This document shows positions 25,914-36,520 of a DNA stretch of 64,000 nucleotides, piece by piece. This stretch comes from Squalus acanthias (taxonomy: Eukaryota). The stretch spans positions 4,280,001 to 4,344,000 of the forward strand of contig JASTWF010000033.1 in the NCBI GenBank assembly GCA_030390025.1, in the 5' to 3' direction. Below the pieces are notes generated by a model. It made no database searches, had not been told where the DNA came from, and saw nothing but the letters and a program-made list of their open reading frames with translations. Made by a program: the position numbers and the translations under genes. Each line of letters opens with the position of its first letter. Within the stretch, counting starts at the first letter, position 1.

Positions 25914-26406
25914 CTGTTTTTAAATGACGATATTCATTTCTACAATCATGCTCTGATCCTTCAGCAATGAGAATAACAACAGAACAAGGCATTTTCACCG
26001 CTCGAGCCTTTCTGCCGTTCAATTGGATCTGTGATCGAACTCCGCTTGCATCCCTTTGCTCCAGATCCCTTAATATCTTTGGTTAACCAACATCTATCAA
26101 TCTCAAGATTAACATTGCCAATTGACCCAGATTTAAGTGCTGTTTGCGGAAGTGTGTTACAAATTTCTGCCACCCATTCCATGTAGAAGCCTTTCCTAAC
26201 TTCTCTCCTGAAAGGCTTGGAACTTATGTTGAGTCTGTGTCCCGTACTCCTAGACGGGCCAATCATCGGAAATAGCTTCGCTCTATCGACACTATCAGTT
26301 CCGCTTAATATCGTGAATACTTCAATCAAATCACCACTTCAGCTTCTAAATTCCAGGGAATATATCCCTAGTTTGTGCAATCTCGCATTGTAATTTGTCC
26401 CTTGGA

Positions 26407-26670
26407 AAAAGAAATTCCACATTCCGTACCATCCCCAAAGTTCTGGAATGGTGGAACGAATGAACCGAACCTTGAAAAGAGTCTGAGCCAAGGCTTCAGG
26501 GGACAAACATCAGCAGTGTGTTGATGTGTTACGGCAAGTCTTAATGAAACTGAGAGCCACCCCAAACCGAACAACGGGCTTATCACCATATGAGCTAACG
26601 ACGGGGAGCGCAATGCAACACCCCCATGGCATAATAACTGGGGAAGACGATGTGGGTCCTCTAAAGGATA
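26407..26670 (+). pseudogene. pol: Retroviral integrase core, C-terminal part (before the CR1 insertion)
   Basis: Manual translation KFHIPYHPQSSGMVERMNRTLKRV*AKAS...LMKLRATPNRTTGLSPYELTTG contains the catalytic E motif. Confidence 0.9.
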
Positions 26671-26761
26671 CATAGATACATAGAAGATAGGAGCAGGAGT
26701 AGGCCATCCGGCCCTTCGAGCCTGCTCCGCCATTTAATGAGATCATGGCTGATCCTCCAAT

Positions 26762-29633
26762 TCAGTATCCCGTCCCCGCCTTCTCTCCGTAACCCTTAAC
26801 CCCTTTTGCCTGTAGAAATATATCTAATTCCCTCTTAAATATATTTAATGAGCTGGCGTACACTGCCCTCTGTGGCAATGAGTTCCACAGGTTCACCACC
26901 CTCTGAGTGAAGAAATTCCCCCTCATTTCTGTCCTAAATGGTTTAGCCCTTATCCTTAAATTATGTCCTCTAGTTCTGTTCTCACCCGCCAACGGAAACA
27001 TTCCTTCTGCATCTAGTCTGTCTAGACCTGTCAGAATTTTATACACTTCTATGAGGTCCCCTCTCAATCTTCTAAACTCCAGTGTGTACATCCCTAAACT
27101 ACATAGTCTCTCCTCATAGGTCAATCCCGCCATTCCTGGTATCAGCCTGGTGAATCGCCGCTGCACCCCTTCCATGGCAAGAACATCTTTCCTCAGATGA
27201 GGCGACCAAAACTGTACACAGTACTCGAGGTGTGGTCTCACCAGTGCCCTGTACAGCTGCAGCAAGGTATCCCTGTTCCTGTATTCCAACCCTTTTGCTA
27301 TGAAGGCCAGCATACCTTTTGCCTTCTTGACCGTCTGTTGCACCTGCATGCTCGCCTTCAGTTACTGGTGTACAAGAACACCCAGGTCTCTCTGTACTTC
27401 CCCCTCTCCCAATTTATTGCCATTTAAATAATAATTTGCCCTCCCGTTCCTGCACCCAAGGTGGATAACTTCGCACTTGTCCACATTATAGTGCATCTGC
27501 CATTTATCCGCCCAATCACCCAGTCTGTCCAAATCGCTCTGGAGCGTCCTGGTCTCCTCCTCTGAGCCCACCCCCCCCCCCTCCTAGTTTAGTGTCGTCT
27601 GCAAATTTGGAAATGCTGCATCCGACTCCCTGATCCAGGTCATTAATGTAAATTGTGAACAGCTGGGGACCCAGGACAGATCCCTGCGGCACCCCACTTG
27701 TTACTGCCTGCCATTCAGAAAATGAGCCGATTATTCCAACTCTCTGTTTTCTATCTGACAGCCAGTTCACTATCCACGTCAATACTTTCCCCTTTATCCC
27801 ATGAGCTTCAATTTTCCATGCTAATCTTTTATGTGGGACCTTGTCGAAGGCCTTTTGGAAGTCCAGGTACACCACATCTACTGGCTCTCCCCCATCTATT
27901 TTACCAGTTACTCCCTCAAAAAATTCCAATAGATTAGTCAAGCACGATTTACCCTTTGTAAATCCATGTTGACTCTGTCCTATCCTGTCCCCATTTGCTA
28001 AGTGCTCCGCTATTTCATCCTTAATGATGGACTCCAGCATTTTGCCCACAACTGATGTAAGGCTTACAGGTCTGTAATTACCTGCTTTTTCCCTACCCCC
28101 CTTTTTGAATAGTGGGGTAACGTTAGCTACCCTCCAATCCATGGGCACTGTTCCCGAGTCTAATGAATTCTGAAAAATCATACTTAGTGCATCCGCTATC
28201 TCTAGGGCCACCTCCTTCAGTACCCTAGGATGCATGTTATCAGGCCCTGGGGATTTGTCCGCCTTCAATCCCTTTAGCTTCCTTAACACCATATCCTTAG
28301 AGATATTGATTTGCGTCAGTTCCTCCTTTGCCAATGTCCCTATTTTTCCCGATATCCCAGGGAGGTTTTTTGTGTCTTCCTTCGTAAAGACTGACCCAAA
28401 GTATGCATTTAGTTGGTCTGCCATTTCCTTATTTCCCGTTATATATTCCCCCGTATCTGACTGCAATGGACCAACTTTGGTTTTCACCAGTCTTTTCCTC
28501 TTGATATACTTATAAAAGCTTTTGGAGTTAGTTTTTATATTTTCCGCCAGCTTGCTTTTGTAAGCTATTTTGCCCCTCTTGATTAAGCCCTTTGTCCTCC
28601 TTTGCTCCATCTTAAACTGTTCCCAATCTTCCGCTCTGGCGCTTTTTTTGGCTATTTTATACGCCCTATCTTTGGACTTTATGCTGTCTATAATTTCCCC
28701 TGTTATCCACGGTTGAGTCACCTTTTTAGATTTCCTTTTATGCCAGATTGGTATAAACAATTTTTGCAATTTTGTCATTCTATCATTAAATGCTTGCCAT
28801 TGTTTATCTACCTCCAGTCCTCCCAGGAACGTTGTCCAATCAGACCTACTCAGTTCCCGTCTAATGGCATCATAATTCCCCTTGTTTAAATTCAGGACCT
28901 TAGTCTCTGAGTCAATTTCTTCGCTCTCCATTTCGAGTGAGAAATCGATCATGTTATGATCGCTCTGACCCAAGGGTCCCCGTACAACAAGATTACTAAT
29001 TAGTCCCTTCTCATTGCACAGTACCCAGTCCAATATAGCCTGTTCCCGAGTTGGTTCCTCGACATATTGATCCACATAACCATCCCTTAAACACTCAAGG
29101 AATTCCTCCTCCTCATTATTTTTACTGATTAGGCTAGTCCAATCTATATGTAAGTTAAAGTCACCTATGATGACAGCTGTGCTCTTATGGCACGCTTCTC
29201 TAATTTCCCTCGTGATGCCCTCCCCAACCTCTATTTTACTATTTGGAGGCCTATATACCACTACTATTAATGTTTTTCGCCCCTCGCTATTTCTTAGCTC
29301 CACCCATATAGATTCTGTATTAACTGAGTTAATATCCTTCCTTTCAATTGCATTTATCCCCTCTTTTACCAGCAATGCTACCCCTCCTCCCTTTCTTTTT
29401 TGTCGATCCTTCCTAAATACTGAATACCCCTGTATGTTAAGCTCCCAGCCCTGCTCACCCTGCAACCATGTTTCCGTAATCCCAATTAGATCATAATTAT
29501 TAACCTCTATTTCCACAGCTAATTCATCTACCTTGTTCCTGATGCTTCTCGCATTAAGGTATAAAACCCTCAGGCTTTTTTTATGCTCACATTTTTTATG
29601 AATTAGTTTGGCCCTTTGTTTTTTGTTCCTCAC
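26762..29633 (-). pseudogene. CR1 ORF2 (APE endonuclease + reverse transcriptase), two lesions
   Basis: 705-aa ORF ([33 protein letters not shown]); frameshift in the G/C homopolymer near 27571-27581; in-frame TAA at 27362; C-terminus 26762..27349. Confidence 0.93.
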
Positions 29634-29707
29634 TCTTTTACCATTTATTTCTGTCTGCCTTTCACTTTCCTCTATTTCACTACATAGGTTTCTAGCCCCC
29701 TGCCATA

Positions 29708-30655
29708 CTAGTTTAAATGCTCCCGAACTGCTTTATCAAAAATTACCCCGAGAACATCAGTTCCATCTTTGCACAGGTGTAGACCGTCCCTTTTGTATAG
29801 GTCACACCTACCACAAAACTGGTTCCAATGCCTCAAAAATTTAAAACCCTCCCTCTTACACCACTGCTCAAGCCACGTATTTAGCCTAACTATCCTGTTC
29901 TCTGTACTCTTACTAGCACGTGGCACTGGTAGTAATCCAAAGATTACTACCTTCGAGGTCCTACTTTTTAGCTTGGCTCCTAAATCCCTAAATTCTACTT
30001 GTAGGACCTCTTCCCTTTTTTTAGCTACGTCGTTGGTACCAACATGTATCACGACAACTGGCTGTTCCCCCTCCCCCTCCAGAATGTTCTGCACCCGCGC
30101 CGAGACATCCTTGACCCTTGCACCAGGGAGGCAACATACCATCCTGGAGTCTCGGTCGCGACCACAGAAACCCCTATCTATTCCCCTTACAATCGAATCC
30201 CCTATTACTATAGCCATGCCACTCTTTTTCCCTCCCTTCTTTGCAACAGAGCCAGTCATGGTGCCATGAGCCTGGCTGCTGGTACCTTCCCCCGATGAGT
30301 CATCCCCCCCGACAACAGCACCTAAGGCGGTGAACCTGTTGCTAAGGGAGACAACCCCAGGGGATTTCTGCACTACCTTCCTGCCCTTGCTCTGCCTTTT
30401 GGTCACCCATGTACTATCTACGCTGGCCTTAACCTGCGGTGTGACCAACTCACTAAATGTGCTATCCACAACCCTCTCAGAATCGTGGATGCTCCAAAGT
30501 GAGTCCATCCGCAGCTCAAGGGCCATCATGCGGTCCCACATGAGCTGCAGCTGGACACACTTCCCGCACACATGGTTGTCAGGGACACAAGAAGCGTCCC
30601 TGATTTCCCACATGTTACAGAAGGAGCATGACACAGGTCCGAGCTCTACTGCCAT
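29708..30655 (-). CDS. CR1 ORF1 protein, 315 aa (Cys-rich finger + coiled coil + SGNH/GDSL esterase domain)
   Basis: Uninterrupted ORF with CSFC...HVCGKC, a heptad leucine stretch, GDSI, PGAR, GTND and DGLH blocks. Confidence 0.9.
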   Translation of the reverse strand: MAVELGPVSCSFCNMWEIRDASCVPDNHVCGKCVQLQLMWDRMMALELRMDSLWSIHDSERVVDSTFSELVTPQVKASVDSTWVTKRQSKGRKVVQKSPGVVSLSNRFTALGAVVGGDDSSGEGTSSQAHGTMTGSVAKKGGKKSGMAIVIGDSIVRGIDRGFCGRDRDSRMVCCLPGARVKDVSARVQNILEGEGEQPVVVIHVGTNDVAKKREEVLQVEFRDLGAKLKSRTSKVVIFGLLPVPRASKSTENRIVRLNTWLEQWCKREGFKFLRHWNQFCGRCDLYKRDGLHLCKDGTDVLGVIFDKAVREHLN

Positions 30656-31101
30656 GACTTAACCCTTATATTACTTTTTAATTTTCTAGTTTTAGTTTAT
30701 TTATTGACTTTTGTTTTCCCGAAGCTTACTTAGACCAATGTGTACTGTACTCCTCTTATTCCTTTTTAAACTAACCAAATCCCACTAGTTTTAGTTTTAC
30801 TTTCTAGGAAGGTTTGAGGAAAGTAATTACCAGTTAGTCTTACCTCCCTGGTCTTTCGCTGACTTCCCGGTCTTGTGTCCCGTTGGTCCTACGCCGACTT
30901 CCCGCTCCTCCCGGTAACCGTTCTGCCCTGCTGAAAAGAAACTGAGACCAAAAAATTTGTGACCTCTGTTTTTAGACTGCTAAAAGACTAGTAGGTTAGA
31001 GGAGGAGGGCGGGCGGGGGTTCCTACTCTGTAGGAACTCGGGTTTAAGCCACCACCCTCCTTAAATGCCGTTCACCTGGGTACTTCCCACCTGGTCCGCT
31101 T

Positions 31102-31731
31102 CCGGCCTCGTCGCTCCCGACAACAGCCGTTGAAGAAAAGCCCGCGAAAGTGAGTTCAAGTACTCACAGCAACTCACAGCACCTCCGGTCTCGTCGCTCC
31201 GGACAACAGCCTGTGAAGAAAAGCCCGCGAAAGTGAGTTCAAATACTCACAGCACCTCACAGCACCTCCGGTCTCGTCGCTCCCGACAACAGCCTGTGAA
31301 GAAAAGCCCGCGAAAGTGAGTTCAAATACTCACAGCACCTCACAGCACCTCCGGTCTCGTCGCTCCCGACAACAGCCTGTGAAGAAAAGCCCGCGAAAGT
31401 GAGTTCAAATACTCACAGCACCTCACAGCACCTCCGGTCTCGTCGCTCCCGACAACAGCCTGTGAAGAAAAGCCCGCGAAAGTGAGTTCAAATACTCACA
31501 GCACCTCACAGCACCTCCGGTCTCGTCGCTCCCGACAACAGCCTGTGAAGAAAAGCCCGCGAAAGTGAGTTCAAATACTCACAGCACCTCACAGCACCTC
31601 CGGTCTCGTCGCTCCCGACAACAGCCTGTGAAGAAAAGCCCGCGAAAGTGAGTTCAAATACTCACAGCACCTCACAGCACCTCCGGTCTCGTCGCTCCCG
31701 ACAACAGCCTGTGAAGAAAAGCCCGCGAAAG
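31102..31731 (-). repeat. 83-bp tandem monomers (~7.6 copies) forming the CR1 5' end
   Basis: ccgg(t/c)ctcgtcgctc starts at 31102, 31185, 31268, 31351, 31434, 31517, 31600 and 31683; the outer copies are identical. Confidence 0.95.
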
Positions 31732-31735
31732 GATA

Positions 31736-32033
31736 AGCTCCGAAGGTATGTCCTCGAATTAAGCAGTCAATTAAAGGAAATGAGGCAGCAAACGCGGGAC
31801 AGACAGGGAGAAAAGGATAGGGATTTAGTATTGATCGCTTTCCCATATATCCCTCCAGCCGGGACTAAGGTAATGGTTAAAGGTTTACCAGGAAAACCCG
31901 GGTTTGCCCCAAGATGGTCAGGACCACATCAGATTCTAATTAGTGGAGATACGTGTGCTTGCATTGATATGAAGGGCTGGGACGATGGAAGCACTGGACA
32001 CAGCTAAAAGTCTATGATCCTTCGCCAGCTTAA
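31736..32033 (+). pseudogene. pol: Retroviral integrase C-terminus (after the CR1 insertion)
   Basis: KLRRYVLELSSQLKEM...GTKVMVK...FAPRWSGPHQIL (GPY/F-like), then after a frameshift RWKHWTQLKVYDPSPA*. Confidence 0.85.
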
Positions 32034-32035
32034 AA

Positions 32036-32263
32036 ATGGCTACAAGAGAGCATGTACCTTTTGTGGGAAGTGAAGAATATGTTAGACAATTCAAAGAATG
32101 GGAATGGGCGCTAGTACGGACGATGGTATGGACAATATGCATTGTCATAATGGGATACACTATGGGATGCATCGTGAAGCATGTACGGGAACAATCCCAT
32201 CGACTCCAACCGGTCGAGCAGGAGGAGGGAATCCAAATGATTATTATCGAGGAACCAGGCTAA
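32036..32263 (+). CDS. Putative retroviral accessory protein, 75 aa, one hydrophobic segment
   Basis: ATG in aaaATGG context 2 nt after the pol stop, preceded by the acceptor-like tccttcgccAG (32028). Hydrophobic WALVRTMVWTICIVIMGYTMGCIV, then a basic patch and an acidic tail. Confidence 0.5.
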   Translation: MATREHVPFVGSEEYVRQFKEWEWALVRTMVWTICIVIMGYTMGCIVKHVREQSHRLQPVEQEEGIQMIIIEEPG

Positions 32264-32367
32264 TGACAGTATTCTTTCCACCCCCACAGGAAAATAGAAT
32301 ATTCAAGCAACAAAGCGGTTCAGTTGGCGATATAGCCTTTGGGATATTGTTAACATAAAGTGATAAG

Positions 32368-33508
32368 ATGAACGTGTTACGCAATATCAGGTGTAGTTTC
32401 CTAGTTTGTATAATCATAATATGTAGCCTCGGGAGGACTCAGGCTATAGTACCCCCATGGCCAAAAGAGGGTTACGGGTGAACACATTTTTATATATATC
32501 ATGCACATATGCCAAGAGAGTTGATGCTGCCAGCTGTTGGGTCTGCGCCCATGTCCCCACACACTCGGAGGAAGGAGTCCCCTTACAACTAAACCCACTT
32601 AGTGATGATGAGACGGTCAGTTGGATGTTTGGAGTTAGAGCAGGATGCACAAGTGTGGGCTGTTATGAAGCCAAGACAGACGGCAGAACTATAGCAAAGC
32701 TGCAACGTCATGGGTACAACCGAGAATATTGTAGTGGGTGGACACGGTCAACGTATAACGATTACTAACTACCACCGTTCCTTAGAACGAGGAGTAAGAA
32801 GGGACAAAGGGGGGGGACTATGTCTCGTAAAGAGGGGACGACCGACAGATCCTATTGTGGGCAACATTAACAGCACATATAACATTGCCTTGCCTGGTGA
32901 GCCGGGTAGTGTGAAACTCCCATCACGAAACGAAAGCGGTAACTTTTCAGTACAATGGGACCCCCCAGAGGTAAATAAGTATACCTCCTACAACGGGACT
33001 CATTTCGTGTGCGGTCATAGGGCCTATCCCTGGTGGCCCGAGAATGCAGCGGGTAAATTGGCAAGGGAATCCATTAACATGGCCTCCGTCTTGGAGCAGG
33101 TGGCCAACGATACAGCTGAAGCCCTAGCTAAGGTTAATGCAGAGATGGTCCCTCCGCATAGTAGCTCTACAACATCGGATGGCCCTTGACTATGTGTTGG
33201 CGGAAAAAGGGGGAACCTGTGCCCTAATAGGTACAGAATGTTGTACCTACATACCAGATAACTCGAAACCAATAACTAACTTGGCTGAACACATACAGGA
33301 AGAAGTAAAAACATTAAAACAACCTCCGGCATCCACCCTTTGGGGCTGGGCAACTGGATGGTAGGGATCACTCGGGACAGCAGTAGTACAAGGATTGATT
33401 TTGTTCATTGTTATAATATTAGTGATGTATAGTCTGGCCCTATTGTTAAAATGTTGTTGCGCTAAAATGTCACGGCCTGCTGTAAGTGTCATGATGGTTA
33501 ATGAATGA
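32368..33508 (+). pseudogene. env: Gamma-type retroviral envelope (SU/TM), frameshifted and internally deleted
   Basis: Signal peptide MNVLRNIRCSFLVCIIIICSLG, CWVC, NGTHFVCG..AYPW, immunosuppressive domain LQHRMALDYVLAEKGG, CX6CC (CALIGTECC), TM anchor GLILFIVIILVMYSLALLL. Confidence 0.92.
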
Positions 33509-33680
33509 CACCCGGAGAGAGAGATGTGTGGATATGAGTCAATATACAAGGATGCCACAATCTGACTAACGGACTGTGAGCCCCTGGAATGTAAACATAT
33601 CGACTTACATTACCATAAATCCGTATGATGCTGGCTTTCTGTCACAAAAGGAGTTTTGATCAGGGAACAACAGGAGGGAT

Positions 33681-34167
33681 TGTTAGAGTAAAAATTATAG
33701 GGCTTCAAGAATGTAATAAATTCGTAAATTCAGAATGGTTTTGCTAACACAGTGAGATGAGTAATGTCTGTGTTCAACATGCATACGTCCGAGGCCCACC
33801 AAGATAATAATAGTACAACGGTTACACTTGAGAACCAATCACCGCCTGGCCAGCCAGTCCGACTAGACAGAGTTGACACAACATTTCGATGTTTATAGTT
33901 TCGATAGGGAAGTAACATTGTTTAGCTTAAAGTGCAGTTTATAATTAGAAGTCTGTTGCTGGGGGAATGTGATTGGGTGAAGACTTTTGTATGTAATGAA
34001 TTGCGTAACGACCCTATAATGTATAAAATAAGTTTCGATACCACTGTAACGATGAGAAGTGGATCACTAGACCGCGGGGTCGATGGCTCCTTCCCAGAGC
34101 GCTCTGTTAAATAAACTGTGATCTTCTGCTTTGAGAGTGACTCGAGTGAATTAATTTTTCACCTGCA
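33681..34167 (+). mobile_element. ERV 3' LTR (preceded by the polypurine tract aggagggat)
   Basis: TG...CA termini, TATAAAA near 34022, AATAAA at 34110; U5 matches the solo LTR at 6357-6915. Confidence 0.88.
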
Positions 34168-34229
34168 AGAACACACAGTGTCTGCAAATGGATATAGATA
34201 GACGAAGAGTTGGAAGTACGTTGGCAGAT

Positions 34230-36308
34230 GGAGTATAAAGAGTAAACTTGCAAGGAACATACAAGCGGATTGTAAAACCTTCTTCGAATAGTAAAGACAA
34301 GTGTACGCCCCTTACAGTCAGAAACGAGAGAATTTATAATGGGGAACAAGGAAATTGGTGAACAATTAAACAAATACTTTTGTTCTGTCTTCACGGAAGA
34401 GGACACAAATAACTTCCCAGAAATGCTAGGGAACCAAGGGTCTAGTGAGAAGAAAGAATTCAAGAAAATTAGTATTAGTAAAAAAATAGTGCTTGGGAAA
34501 TTAATGGGACTGAAAGCCAAGAAATCCCCAGGGCCTGATAATCTGCACCCCAGAGTACTAAAAGAGGTGGCCATGGAAATAGTGGATGCAGTGATTGTCA
34601 TCTTCCAGAATGTTATAGATTATGGAAAAGTTCCTGCAGATTGGAGGGTGGCAAATGTAACCCCACTATTTAAAAAAGGAGTCGCACAACACCAGATTAT
34701 AGTCCAACAATTTTATTTAAAATTACGAGTTCTCGGAGCCGCTGCCCCTTCGTCAGGTAAAGGTACGAAGGGGCAGCAGCTCCGAAAGCTCGTAATTTTA
34801 AATAAAACTGTTGGAAAATAACCTGGTGTTGTGCGACTTCTCATTTTTGTCCACCCCAGTCCAACACCTGCATCTCCGCATAATAAAAAAGGAGAGAGAA
34901 AACAGGGAACTACAGACCTGATAGCCTATCATCAGTAGTCGGGAGCATGCTAGAGTCTATAAAGAGTATAAAAGATGTGATAATAGGACACTTAGAAATA
35001 ATCAACGGGATTTCATAAGTCAGCATGTATTTATGAAAGGGAAATCGTGTTTGACAAACCTACTGGAGTTTTTGAGGATGTAACTGGTAAAATAGATAAG
35101 GGAAAACCAGTGGATGTGGAGTATTTAGATTTTCAGAAGGCCTTTGATAAAGTCCGACATAAGAGGTTAGTGTGCAAATTTCAAGCACATTTCATTGGGG
35201 GTAATATACTGGCATGAATAAAAAATTGGTTAACAGACAGGAAAGAGAGAGTAGGAATCAATGAGTCTGTTTCGGGGTGGCAGGCGGTGACGAGTGTGGT
35301 ACCAAAGGGATCAGTCTTTGATCCCCAGCTATTCACAGTGTATATCAATGATTTGGATGAGCGTACCAAATGTAATATTTCCAAGTTTGCGGACCACACG
35401 AAACTAGGTGGGATTGTGAGTTGTAAGGAGGATGCAAAGAGGCTTCCAGGCGATTTAGGCAAGTTGAGTGAGTGGGCAAATACAAGCCAGATGCAGGTTA
35501 ACGTGGCTAAATGTGAAGTTATCCACTTCGGTAGACAAAAAAGAAAGGCATAATAGCATTTAAATGGTGATAGATTGGGAGATGTTGATGCATAAATGGA
35601 CCTGGGTGTCCTTGTACAGCAGTCACTGAAAGCAAACATGCAGGTGCAGCAAGAAGGTAGGAAGGCAAGTGGAATGTTGGCCCTCATAGCAGAGGATTTG
35701 AGTACAGGAGCAATGATGTGTTACTGAAGTTGTACAGGGCCTTAGTGAGACAACACCTGGAGTACTGTGTGCAGTTTTGTTCTCTTTACCTAAGAAAGCA
35801 TATACTTGCCATAAAGGGAGTAGGGCGAAGGTTCACCAGACTGATACCTGGGATGGCAGGACTGTCGTACGAGGAGAGATTGCGTCGACTACACCTGTAT
35901 TCATTAGAGTTTTGAAGAATGAGAGGGGATCTCATTGAAACGTATAACATTCTTACAATGGCAGACAGACTGGATGCAGAGAGGATGTTTCCCCTGGCTG
36001 GGGGTTCTAGAACGAGGGGTCACAGTCTCAGGATACGGGGTAGGATATTAAGGACTGAGATGAGGAAACATTTCTTCACTCAGAGGGTGGCGCATCTGTG
36101 GAATTCTCTACAACGGAAGGCTTTGGAGGCCAATTCATCGAATATATTTAAGAAGGAGATAGGTAGATTTCTAGATAAAAAAAAGGCATCAAGGGGTATG
36201 GGGAGTGAGCGGGAATATAATACTGAGATGGAGGTCAGCCATGATCATATTGAACGGCGGAGCTGGATAAAAGTGCGCAATGGCCGACTCCTTCTCCTAT
36301 TTTTCTGT
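34230..36308 (+). mobile_element. 5'-truncated decayed CR1 LINE
   Basis: KSPGPDNLHPRVLKE, PKGSVFDPQLFTVYINDL, RGDLIETY...NSL fragments and a 3' stem-loop. Confidence 0.9.
34682..34883. mobile_element. Short fold-back (Penelope-type terminal repeat) insertion with hammerhead-like cores
   Basis: ~74-bp inverted arms at 34681-34754 and 34765-34837; 11-bp TSD taaaaaaggag (34671-34681 and 34884-34894); minus strand reads CTGACGA-aggggcagcggctcc-GAgA. Confidence 0.75.
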
Positions 36309-36446
36309 TTAGCAAAGTGATGCAAATGGAGTTCGAACTGAATGGCAGAATGGCTCGAGGGATTAAATGGACTAGTCCTGTTGCTATTCTCATTGTTAAA
36401 AAATCAGAGCACGAATGTAGAGATGAGTTTCGCGATTTAAAAGCAG

Positions 36447-36519
36447 CGCATGAACAGGGACTTGATCCCTGGACCCTCAAGTCAACAGTCTAATGCTTTA
36501 CCGACTGAGCTATGCAGGA
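36447..36519 (-). pseudogene. trnK: Strongly degenerate tRNA-Lys-derived pseudogene
   Basis: Reverse complement reads ..atagctcagtcggtaaagcattagactgttgacttgagggtccagggatcaagtccctgttcatgcg; array flank conserved downstream. Confidence 0.8.
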
Positions 36520-36520
36520 G

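Larger units (their letters stand above)
15572..26406 (+). repeat. Tandem array of ~1.77-kb units, each one tRNA-Lys(UUU) copy plus old CR1 RT/3' remnants on the minus strand
   Basis: tRNA starts at 16966, 18746, 20533, 22305, 24076 and 25841 (spacing 1765-1787). Repeated ORF remnants MEQNTVLL..DMTSGV, VTTAVPQISVL and SLEFRSLRGDLIEVF. Confidence 0.95.
26671..31727 (-). mobile_element. Full-length, near-intact young CR1 LINE inserted in the ERV integrase
   Basis: Intact ORF1; ORF2 with one frameshift and one stop; (tatctatg)n tail; TSD aaaggata at 26663-26670 and 31728-31735; the integrase frame resumes afterwards. Confidence 0.96.
26407..34167 (+). mobile_element. 3' half of an endogenous retrovirus (integrase - small ORF - env - PPT - 3' LTR), interrupted by a CR1
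   Basis: Integrase, env, polypurine tract and LTR occur in canonical order. The 5' LTR, gag and RT are absent. Confidence 0.92.

Noticed and set aside
31102..31731. CRISPR-like appearance of the 83-bp repeats
   Set aside because: Units are head-to-tail identical with no unique spacers, there are no cas genes, and the context is a vertebrate LINE 5' end.
14719..34167. Idea that the 5' LTR/PBS at 14.7 kb and the env/3' LTR at 33.7 kb are one provirus that captured the tRNA array
   Set aside because: The two LTRs share no recognisable sequence (tgtcttcg...tcgaca versus tgttagag...cctgca) and differ in length.
36447..36519. Apparent GTT (Asn) anticodon, i.e. anticodon switching; similar change in the copy at 42296
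   Set aside because: These copies carry many other stem-breaking substitutions, so random decay of tRNA-Lys is the simpler explanation.
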